A DNA stretch of 64,000 nt from Bdellovibrionota bacterium (GTDB lineage Bacteria; Bdellovibrionota; Bdellovibrionia; Bdellovibrionales; Bdellovibrionaceae): positions 25,552 to 89,551 of the forward strand of contig CAUJGP010000037.1 in the NCBI GenBank assembly GCA_963170155.1, in the 5' to 3' direction. The notes beneath the pieces are model-generated. The model saw only the letters and a list, made by a program, of their open reading frames with translations. It made no database searches and had not been told where the DNA came from. The position numbers were made by a program, and so were the translations under genes. Position 1 is the first letter of the stretch; every line of letters starts with the position of its first letter. Below are positions 1-7,974 of the stretch, piece by piece.

Positions 1-801
1 ATGCTTCTTCCTCAGTACAATGACCAAGGTGAAATTGTCGAGAATGAAGATCCTCGAAAAGAATTGGTACAGCGGCTTTTGGAATATCAGAAGTATCAGG
101 AGGCTGCAAAATCTTTGAATGAACGCCCTCTGGTGGGGCGGGATCTTTGGTTGAGAGGTGTTCGTGAAACCATCAAACCTCCTGAAGATGAAATTGTTCT
201 CGAAGAAAATGCTTTATTTTCTTTGATTGCCTCTTATCGTAAGGCTCTGAAGTCCTTTCAAAGAAAAATTCATCGAGTGGCTCAAAAAGCTCAATCCATT
301 GCTCAAAGAATTATGGAAATCCGAGAGCATTTAATTCCAGGACGTCGTGTGACATTCAGAGAATTGTTAACGGCAACGGAAGACCGAACTCGCCAGATTT
401 TGATCACTTTTTTATCTTTGTTGGAGTTGGGTAAAATGGGTTTTGTGAGTCTCTATCAGGCCGAAGCCTATGGTGATATTCATGTGGATACGAAAAAGGA
501 TATTGCCACGGATGTGATTTCTCGAGTGGAAGAGTTTAATGGTTTAAAGTCGGAAGATGCGGCGAGGGCTGCAGAACTTTTGATCCAGAGGGCAGAAGAA
601 GAGGCCCTGAGCGCTGCTTCTTTGGCCATGGACGATTCTATTTTGGTTGAATCGAGAGAGCTAGGAGATTTGGAAAAGGCGTCTATTTCTTCTTTGAGCG
701 TTGAAGATATGGCCTCAGATGAAGATATTCTGGCTGCGGAAGCAGAAATTTTTTCAGATTTAGAGCCTTCAGGTTTAGAAATACCAACGGGAGAGGTTTA
801 G
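1..801 (+). CDS. scpA: Segregation and condensation protein A (ScpA kleisin), 5'-partial at window edge, with acidic C-terminal tail
   Basis: ORF is open at base 1. ELVQRLLEYQKYQEAAKSL and ILITFLSLLELGKMGFVSLYQAE are typical ScpA motifs. scpB starts 4 nt after the TAG stop. The last ~100 aa are D/E/S/A-rich, beyond the usual ScpA end. Confidence 0.85.
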   Translation: MLLPQYNDQGEIVENEDPRKELVQRLLEYQKYQEAAKSLNERPLVGRDLWLRGVRETIKPPEDEIVLEENALFSLIASYRKALKSFQRKIHRVAQKAQSIAQRIMEIREHLIPGRRVTFRELLTATEDRTRQILITFLSLLELGKMGFVSLYQAEAYGDIHVDTKKDIATDVISRVEEFNGLKSEDAARAAELLIQRAEEEALSAASLAMDDSILVESRELGDLEKASISSLSVEDMASDEDILAAEAEIFSDLEPSGLEIPTGEV

Positions 802-804
802 GAT

Positions 805-2649
805 ATGTCAAAAAAGAAATCGTTAAAAAAATCAGATTCATTAGCACTCACCAATGAATCTGAAACGGCAGATCTTTCTCCGTTAATAGAGGCCGCAAAA
901 TCCAGCTTTATGGAATTTCAAGAAGAGCATTCGACTAATGGCGCTGAACGAGCGGGAGTCTTTGAAGACGCCGAGCTTGAAGATCTTAAAGCCGCTGTTG
1001 ATTTGTTAGGAGCAGAGAGACAAGAGCAACAAGGCGATACTCAAAATCTGCAGAGCATTCAAGATTCACAGGATATCCAAGAAGCGGAAGTCTTAAGGGA
1101 ATCTGTAGAACCTTCGGTATTAGATTCTTTAGTCGATTCTATGACAGAGCGGATTCTGGAAACCATTCCTTTTCAACAAAAGGACCTCGATTTTATTGAA
1201 GAGATTTCAGATGAAGAAATGGCTTTGGGGTCTTCGGATTCTTCAGATGAGAACGTGAGTTTGAATTCTTCAATGATGTTAGACTCAAAACTTTCAGGAG
1301 ATATGAGTTCTTCAATTGATGAAGTAAATGATTTGGATGAGCTTTTTGAAAGCGCGGATGTCTCGGAAGACTCAGTGGCCTCGGAAGCCACTGAGGACTC
1401 TCAAGAGGAACCCTCAGAGTTTTTGATTGCGGGAAGCGAGCTTGAGGATTTTGATTCCGTAGCTATTGAAGAGCTTGAGTTTATTGAAGAGGCACAATTA
1501 GAGTCTATCGTTGAAAGTGTTTTGTTTGCGACGGATCGACCTGTTTCTATTCCCACACTGAAACAAATTTTTAAAGGAACGAATGTTACAAATGCTCGTC
1601 TGAAAAAAGCACTTGAAGTTTTGAGAGTGGAATATGCGGGTGGGCGGCGAGGAGTGACTTTAGAAGAAGTGGGAAGTGGTTATCAGCTTCGGACAAAAGT
1701 GGATAATATGGAATTCCTGCGGCGATCCTTTAAAGCAAAATCATTTAAGCTATCGGGTCCTGCTTTGGAAGTTTTAGCTATTACGGCCTATAAACAACCG
1801 GTGGTTAAGGCCGAGATTGATGAAATTCGAGGCGTGGAATCAGGGCATCTATTACGAGCTTTAATGGAGAAGAATTTGGTTCTTTTTGCAGGTAAAAGCG
1901 ATTTACCTGGGAAACCTATGCAATATGCTACCACCCGAAAATTCTTAGAAATTTTTGGACTTAGAAATCTTAAAGAACTTCCAACACTGTCTCAAATTGA
2001 TGAGCTTCTTCCTGAAGGTATTGGTGATGAAGAAGAGAAACCGAAATTAGCGGATCTGACAGATGGATTATCAGAAAAGGTAGGGCTAAGTTACTCTGAG
2101 GGGGAAGAAGAGCTTCTTAAAATTTCCGACCAACTTGAAAAAATTGATACGAGTTCTGAGTTTTTTGAAAAAGAAAAGCAACGGCAGAAGCAACAAAGAG
2201 AAGCCGAGAAAGCTCGAAACATTCAGGAAGCTATCGCTGTGGGAGAAGATGTTTCGAATCGAGATCGCAATTGGCTGAAGCGCTATGAAGAGCAAATTCA
2301 ATCGGAGGCAGCAGCAGCAGCAGCAGTTGAGGTGGCAGTGACTGGCTCTGAGGGGGAACTCACTGCTGCCGTTATGGAAGAAATCTCGGATTCTTCTTTA
2401 GAGAAGATCTGCTCTCCACAGGGTTTTATTTCTGACAAAAATCGAACCAATGATCCTCTTGGCGACGTTCAAGGTTTAGATAAGAACCCTCGTTTTGAAG
2501 TGATGGAAGGAAGGGATGAGTCTGAAGAGCTGGAATTGACTTTAAAAGCTTGGGATTTAAGTTCGGAGACTAAGGATGATGAGGAGAGTGATGCTCTTGC
2601 GGAACGCATGGAGTCTAATGATCTCGCTAATATCGAAGAAGATCTTTAA
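805..2649 (+). CDS. scpB: Segregation and condensation protein B (ScpB) with long acidic N- and C-terminal extensions
   Basis: Core (about residues 226-400) has IVESVLFATDRPVSI, LSGPALEVLAITAYKQPV, EIDEIRGV and GKPMQYATTRKFLEIFGL, the canonical ScpB winged-helix pair. It is flanked by ~225 aa and ~215 aa of D/E/S-rich sequence. Confidence 0.85.
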   Translation: MSKKKSLKKSDSLALTNESETADLSPLIEAAKSSFMEFQEEHSTNGAERAGVFEDAELEDLKAAVDLLGAERQEQQGDTQNLQSIQDSQDIQEAEVLRESVEPSVLDSLVDSMTERILETIPFQQKDLDFIEEISDEEMALGSSDSSDENVSLNSSMMLDSKLSGDMSSSIDEVNDLDELFESADVSEDSVASEATEDSQEEPSEFLIAGSELEDFDSVAIEELEFIEEAQLESIVESVLFATDRPVSIPTLKQIFKGTNVTNARLKKALEVLRVEYAGGRRGVTLEEVGSGYQLRTKVDNMEFLRRSFKAKSFKLSGPALEVLAITAYKQPVVKAEIDEIRGVESGHLLRALMEKNLVLFAGKSDLPGKPMQYATTRKFLEIFGLRNLKELPTLSQIDELLPEGIGDEEEKPKLADLTDGLSEKVGLSYSEGEEELLKISDQLEKIDTSSEFFEKEKQRQKQQREAEKARNIQEAIAVGEDVSNRDRNWLKRYEEQIQSEAAAAAAVEVAVTGSEGELTAAVMEEISDSSLEKICSPQGFISDKNRTNDPLGDVQGLDKNPRFEVMEGRDESEELELTLKAWDLSSETKDDEESDALAERMESNDLANIEEDL

Positions 2650-2967
2650 TTTGCATCCGGCGTTATGTCGGCACAATAAATTGCGTGTTTCTGCAAGAAG
2701 AGGGGCTCGCTTTCTTTACAAGTCTGTGTTAGCCTTTAAAATACAGGTGAGAAAGAGCTTTGTTTTTATGTTGGGTTTCTACCAGAAAATGAATTAATGT
2801 TGCCATTTTGAAGCGGATACGGATTACCAAAGCGACAAATTCTCACTCTTAAAGGGGGAGATATTTACCACGGTGAACGATTCAATAGTATCACACACTT
2901 AGTTGGAGCTGCCGTTTCCATTGTTGGGGCCACGGTACTTATCACTCAGGCTAGCATTTTTGGAGAT

Positions 2968-3483
2968 GTGTGGAAGATTATTGGCACCAGCATTTATGGT
3001 GCGGCTATGGTTTTGCTTTATACCATTTCAACCTTGTATCATTCGTTACAAGGGCGTCCCAAATTGATATTTCAGAAGTTGGATCATATTGCGATTTATC
3101 TTTTGATTGCTGGAACCTATACACCATTTTGCTTAATAACTTTACGTGGCCCGTGGGGCTGGTCTTTGCTTATTATCAATTGGACCCTCGCTGTTTTAGG
3201 GATTTTGTACGAGCTGACTTTAGCAAAACGCACACGAGCGCCCTCTTTAATCATATATGTCTTAATGGGTTGGATGATTGTTTTTGCATTAAAGCCTCTA
3301 GCAATGGCTTTGCCTTTCGGTGCTCTCGTTTGGCTCACCTTGGGAGGGCTTCTCTATACTGGCGGGATCGTATTTTTTCTTTTTGATGAAAAGATCAAGC
3401 ATTTCCACGGAATTTGGCACATGTTTGTGATGGGTGGTAGCGTATGCCAGTACTTCTGTATTTTGCTCTATCTGGTGCGGTGA
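2968..3483 (+). CDS. Hemolysin III / PAQR-family integral membrane protein, called from the first canonical start (GTG); the frame stays open upstream to 2812
   Basis: Multi-TM protein with LYHS, DHIAIYLLIAGTYTP and HxxWH (HGIWHMFV) family motifs. The upstream in-frame sequence encodes GERFNSITHLVGA plus TM1 but has no ATG/GTG/TTG (see finding). Confidence 0.8.
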   Translation: MWKIIGTSIYGAAMVLLYTISTLYHSLQGRPKLIFQKLDHIAIYLLIAGTYTPFCLITLRGPWGWSLLIINWTLAVLGILYELTLAKRTRAPSLIIYVLMGWMIVFALKPLAMALPFGALVWLTLGGLLYTGGIVFFLFDEKIKHFHGIWHMFVMGGSVCQYFCILLYLVR

Positions 3484-3555
3484 ATTTATTTTTAATTCTC
3501 AAGAATGATTTAATAAATGGAGTGGTTTTTAAAATGAAAAAAACTGAGACAAATG

Positions 3556-3591
3556 CAAAGGCACCTTTAAAAAAGGTGCCTTTGTTGTTTT
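3556..3591. terminator. Rho-independent terminator hairpin between convergent genes
   Basis: Perfect 13-bp stem CAAAGGCACCTTT / AAAGGTGCCTTTG with a 3-nt loop, followed by TTGTTGTTTT. An A-run on the other side means it could act in both directions. Confidence 0.65.
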
Positions 3592-3608
3592 AAACTCAAC
3601 TTTATTCT

Positions 3609-4310
3609 CTATCGAATAACGTTAGCATAGTCCTGGATTTCATTAACATAGGCTTTCACATAATCAGAAGGGAATACGTCTTTAAACCGACTGTCCTTTG
3701 TTAAAGCTTTATCATCGATTTTAATGGTTTGAGTCTTATCAGAAGTTTTATTGTATCTTCGTGATAGATTTAAAGTTTTTCCGCTAATATCTGTTTCCAT
3801 GTCGGTGATGGCTGCTCCATTGTTGCTATCGAAATAACTGTTACTAGATTGAGAGAGTAATTCTTTTAGTTTTGCATCGTTGCTGTCAACAAACATAGGT
3901 TTTCCATTCACCAAGATAAAGAGTTTATTATCAAAAACTTCTGTTTTTGATAACTTACCAGCAGCGTAGATTTGTTCTGAAGTACATGATTTAAAATCAA
4001 TAACAGTGACAACTTTTAATCTGATATTGTGGTAAGCGGCGTAAGAAGGTTTTCCATTGGATAGCTTGCCAACCGCACAACCTGAGTCTTCGACAGGAGT
4101 AACAGCTATTTTACCTCTGCAAGCTTTTTCTAGTTCAATTTCACACTGTTTTTGTTGACGTTTCAAGGTGATAGGGGTGTTAGAAGAACAAGTGTATCCA
4201 TGTTTTGCCGCCTTTATTCTATCTTGCTCAGTAGGACATTCAACCTCAAATGCAAAGCCGTGCGAAGCTACCAGACCTATTAAAGTAGCTCCTATAATTT
4301 TTTTAAACAT
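3609..4310 (-). CDS. Secreted hypothetical protein (signal peptide, several Cys)
   Basis: Internal ATG (MFKKIIGATLIGLVASHGFA) lies 6 nt after an AAGGAG RBS. N-terminus is hydrophobic and signal-like. No recognisable domain. Confidence 0.6.
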   Translation of the reverse strand: MFKKIIGATLIGLVASHGFAFEVECPTEQDRIKAAKHGYTCSSNTPITLKRQQKQCEIELEKACRGKIAVTPVEDSGCAVGKLSNGKPSYAAYHNIRLKVVTVIDFKSCTSEQIYAAGKLSKTEVFDNKLFILVNGKPMFVDSNDAKLKELLSQSSNSYFDSNNGAAITDMETDISGKTLNLSRRYNKTSDKTQTIKIDDKALTKDSRFKDVFPSDYVKAYVNEIQDYANVIR

Positions 4311-4420
4311 ATATAACTCCTTTTTTTGAAAATTATTAATGGAATTATTTTCCACTAATGGGATTCATTAAAGGCATTGCTATTTTTGTGCCAAAATTGT
4401 TTTAAATGACTCAATAAGAT

Positions 4421-4447
4421 GAATACAGGGGTTTCATCCCTGTATTC
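4421..4447 (-). terminator. Stem-loop downstream of the 4563..6026 gene, possible terminator
   Basis: 10-bp perfect stem GAATACAGGG / CCCTGTATTC with a 7-nt loop. The T-tract on the minus strand is weak. Confidence 0.4.
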
Positions 4448-4562
4448 AGGCGGTTGCGAGATTATTGCGTTTATAAATAGAATTTAATTAATTTTTTAAA
4501 AGTGAAAATATTTTTAACAATATCATTCCAATACGCCCAATTTTTAAAATTGTGTGTTTTGT

Positions 4563-6026
4563 CTACCGTACCCCAGTATAATCGGGGGCCGTTGGAGCTA
4601 CGGGAAGAACACTCGCATCAACAGTCGTTGTCGTCATCGTCGAATCAATAATAGGAGAACCGCCCTCTGCGGTGATTGTTTTTTTCTTGGAACACATATC
4701 AATAAAAGAAATCTTTTTAAAAGCGCATAATCCTACTAGAGTTGCGGAGGCTATCCCTATGGGAATGGCCCAACTTTTATTTTGACACCACCAATTACAT
4801 TCTTCCTCGGTGTTTTGGATATTTAAAACTTCATTTCTTTTGCGAAAAGATTGGCTTTTTGTGGAATCAACCCTATTCATTTTCAAATCAACAAGATAGC
4901 TATTAAAATTAAGCCGACGTTCAGCAAGCTCATTACAGGTTTCTCCTTTGTCGGAGCGAGCTTCACAAATCTTTGTCGCTTCATTAATATAATTATTGAA
5001 ATCCTTAGAAATGACTTCTTCTAAATATTCAAATTGCTGTTGACTGATATTCTGCCCCCGAAAATATTGATTGATCTCCCACGAAGATTTTCCTTGAGTT
5101 GCAAGGATCGATTTGATCAGTGCTTCTGCGTCTTGCTTTAAGTTTTGTTCTCTTAAGGGAGAGCGCTCGGCACAGGTTTCTCCTGGAGTAGAGGTTCCAC
5201 AAACATTTCCATAAAGTATCGGGTTACAGCTCACTTGATGAGGCATACAACTCGTTTCTGAATATCTTCCCACTGTTTTCCGATGAGTAATAAGACAACT
5301 TCCATCATCTTTGTTTTGTTCGGAGATAAACCCTGCAGAGTCTAAACATTTATGAGTTGAGTTTGCTTGAGCGGCTGTTCCATTCATCAATAAGATAAAT
5401 AGACTCTTGAAAGAATGGATCTCAGCCACTTTCTTTTTTTCTGCAAGCACTTTTTGCGCCGACTCCAACAGTAAACGCTTATTAACAAAATACACGGCTT
5501 TATCATAGGGTTTCATTGAGGAAAAACTCTGAAAATCTATCGAAAGAGGAGCCTTTGAAAGCAGCATTGATGACACTCGGCTCAACTTCTTTTCCTTGGA
5601 TAGTTTTGCGAGGGAATCATTCAGAGAACTCGATTCAGCTTGTGAAATTTTGATTCCATTAACTTGTGCAAACCCTCTTTTATCGTTCTGAAACTCAATT
5701 GATGCCGTTTCCGCATCCACTTGAATTGAAAGTTTGAAATTTCCAGATCTCTCTCTTTGGCTTTTTTTAATTATTTTGGACTTAGGAAATTTAAAATCAG
5801 GATTAAGTAAAACCCAAGTATCAATAAAAGTTCTCTCTTTGGGAGTTATATCTTGGCGAAGACTGTACCAAAGGGTGGAAAACAATTGTTCGTTTCCGGT
5901 GTAGGAAAGTGTTTCAATTGCCTCTCTTGATGAAGATTTTTGAGAATTCATTTTAGCAAAAACAACTGGCTCAAGGATAAGATTTAAAAGTGTTAAAGTC
6001 AGAAGAGATTTTTTTATTTTGTGCAT
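4563..6026 (-). CDS. Cys-rich secreted protein with C-terminal membrane anchor, hypothetical
   Basis: Start moved to MHKIKKS, with GGAG 7 nt upstream. Has a signal peptide, many Cys in the central and C-terminal part, and a TM helix WAIPIGIASATLVGLCAF near the C-terminus. Starts a few nt after the RCC1 gene stop, so it is probably co-transcribed. Confidence 0.6.
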   Translation of the reverse strand: MHKIKKSLLTLTLLNLILEPVVFAKMNSQKSSSREAIETLSYTGNEQLFSTLWYSLRQDITPKERTFIDTWVLLNPDFKFPKSKIIKKSQRERSGNFKLSIQVDAETASIEFQNDKRGFAQVNGIKISQAESSSLNDSLAKLSKEKKLSRVSSMLLSKAPLSIDFQSFSSMKPYDKAVYFVNKRLLLESAQKVLAEKKKVAEIHSFKSLFILLMNGTAAQANSTHKCLDSAGFISEQNKDDGSCLITHRKTVGRYSETSCMPHQVSCNPILYGNVCGTSTPGETCAERSPLREQNLKQDAEALIKSILATQGKSSWEINQYFRGQNISQQQFEYLEEVISKDFNNYINEATKICEARSDKGETCNELAERRLNFNSYLVDLKMNRVDSTKSQSFRKRNEVLNIQNTEEECNWWCQNKSWAIPIGIASATLVGLCAFKKISFIDMCSKKKTITAEGGSPIIDSTMTTTTVDASVLPVAPTAPDYTGVR

Positions 6027-6041
6027 AAAAGACTCCATTGA

Positions 6042-7580
6042 TTAAAAGCTTATTAATTGTGGTGAGTTGGTGTTCGTGGTTGTGCCTATTCCGAGCTGTC
6101 CATAGTAGTTATAGCCCCAGCAATAAAAACTAGAGCCATAGGTTCCACAAGCATGGTACCCATGCCCTTGGGACATCACTCCAAAAGAAGAGGAAACTAC
6201 TGTCGTGGGAGTCGTTACGCCACCGACTGTCTCCCCCGTGCCTAATTGTCCATATCCGTTGTATCCCCAACATTTTAATCCATAACTTGTTGTTATAGCA
6301 CAAGCGGTGAGTAAATTGGCATAAACAGCGCTGACATCAGAAACCCCATTGTAAGTTGCTGAATATCGGGTCGCTGTTGTCGTATCACCTAACTGGCCAT
6401 AATTATTGCGTCCCCAACACTTAACTTTGTTGCTCTGTACAGCGCAGGTAAAATCAAATCCAGCGGCGACTGAAGTAACATTACTATCCATACCTAAAAC
6501 TAACAGGGGAGACGATTGATTCGTTGTGGTGCCATCACCCAGTTGTCCATAATTGTTGGAGCCCCAGCAGTACAAAGCCCCACTTTGAATCGCACAGGCG
6601 TGAGAGTGCCCACTGGAGACTTGAGTGATACCAGATCTTAAAGATAAAACGAGTTGAGGGTTACTAGAATTAGTATTAGTCCCTATTCCTAATTGACCAT
6701 ATCCATTAGATCCCCAGCAATAGAGAGCGCCGCTTTGGATCGCGCAGGTATAAAAGGCCCCAGCGGAAACAGCGCTCACAGAAAAACCTAAGGCCGAGAT
6801 ACTCTTGGCGGCATAACGATCGCTATTTGTGCCATCTCCTAACTGACCATAGGCATTGTATCCCCAACAGTAAAGTTCTGAGTTTTTAATGGCACAAGAA
6901 TGATGAGCACCTACACTTACGGAGGTTACATTGTCTTCAAGGCTGCTCACGTATTGGGGAGTTGATGCTGCTGTTGTAGAACCATTGCCTAATTGTCCAT
7001 AGGAATTATATCCCCAACACTTTAAAACGCCTCCATTAATACCACAAGTGTGAAAAAAACCTGTAGCCAGTCCGGTGCTTGTGGAGGTCGATGTCGAATC
7101 CGATGAGTCCACGTCATTGATTGTCACCGTGGAAGTTTGATAATTTTCTTCTGTATCAAGTTGACCAAACCGAACATAAAAATAAACGTTTGTGGAAGCA
7201 CTATCGCTATACGTGGGTATTTGAATCGTTTTTGATATTTCGTATGCACTAAAAGTCAGGGTTCCTGATGAAGATAAGTAGTTATAACCTTTGTAGGCAG
7301 TGCCATCAATCATATCATACAGAAAGGTCTTTGTTTCAGAGTAGTAATTATCCAGAGTGATTGTAATCGTTGCTATATTTCCTTCTACTACCGTAGGACT
7401 CGTTACGGTGAGTATCGATGGATCGTTGTAGTTCGATACTGAATCAGGCGAAGATGAGCTATTTGACGTAGAATTCTGGGCGCAATTTTGATTAAAAATC
7501 AATAGGGCAATTCCACTGACCATTAATTTTATAATAATGCTTCTCGTTGCAATCTCGTTGATTCTTTTCAATGCTTTCAT
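6042..7580 (-). CDS. Secreted RCC1-repeat (7-bladed beta-propeller) protein with N-terminal Calx-beta-like domain
   Basis: Seven repeats of the C-W-G-x-N-x-Y-G-Q-L-G-x-G type (LKCWGYNSYGQLGNG, LYCWGSNNYGQLGDG and others). Preceding segment VVEGNIATITITL...DGTAYKGYNY...GTLTFSAYEISKTIQIP matches the Calx-beta pattern. N-terminal hydrophobic signal, then Ser-rich and STSTST linkers. Confidence 0.8.
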   Translation of the reverse strand: MKALKRINEIATRSIIIKLMVSGIALLIFNQNCAQNSTSNSSSSPDSVSNYNDPSILTVTSPTVVEGNIATITITLDNYYSETKTFLYDMIDGTAYKGYNYLSSSGTLTFSAYEISKTIQIPTYSDSASTNVYFYVRFGQLDTEENYQTSTVTINDVDSSDSTSTSTSTGLATGFFHTCGINGGVLKCWGYNSYGQLGNGSTTAASTPQYVSSLEDNVTSVSVGAHHSCAIKNSELYCWGYNAYGQLGDGTNSDRYAAKSISALGFSVSAVSAGAFYTCAIQSGALYCWGSNGYGQLGIGTNTNSSNPQLVLSLRSGITQVSSGHSHACAIQSGALYCWGSNNYGQLGDGTTTNQSSPLLVLGMDSNVTSVAAGFDFTCAVQSNKVKCWGRNNYGQLGDTTTATRYSATYNGVSDVSAVYANLLTACAITTSYGLKCWGYNGYGQLGTGETVGGVTTPTTVVSSSFGVMSQGHGYHACGTYGSSFYCWGYNYYGQLGIGTTTNTNSPQLISF

Positions 7581-7815
7581 AGTTATTTTCCCCTTAAGTA
7601 AAATTATTCACTTAAAATGTGTAACCCCTGTGGAATTACGTTTTATTTATTTTAATTTTTTAAATTCGAAAAAAATTGTTTTAGAATGAGAAAATCCCTT
7701 TTTGGATGTAGAAAATTAAACCAGATGCGACATTAAAAATAAATAACATTTATTGTCACCTCAAGAATGAGAATTTATGAAATCAAATATAATTTGCGTT
7801 CGATATCTAAAGTTT

Positions 7816-7841
7816 TGACACTCAAGATGAGTGAAGTGTCA
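7816..7841. repeat. Inverted repeat TGACACT-N12-AGTGTCA in the divergent intergenic region
   Basis: 7-bp perfect arms read directly from the sequence. The left arm overlaps a TTGACA hexamer. Function is unknown; it may be an operator. Confidence 0.3.
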
Positions 7842-7974
7842 GAATCATTACAGTAGAGATTGTTTTGTAGTTGAATTATATTGTGGATCGCTGGTGAGGA
7901 CACCTCAAATTAAATTTGAGATGAAAGACAAAAAAATATTTGATGGTTTAAAATAATTTATTTTGGAGTTTAAA

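Noticed and set aside
2308-2325. (GCA)6 trinucleotide repeat
   Set aside because: It is in frame, encodes Ala6 inside the low-complexity ScpB tail, and is too short to argue for phase variation.
2576-2797. 73-aa ORF overlapping the scpB 3' end and spacer
   Set aside because: It is basic and low-complexity, out of frame with scpB, and has no RBS. It is relevant only because it ends at the ATG stub discussed for the hemolysin III gene.
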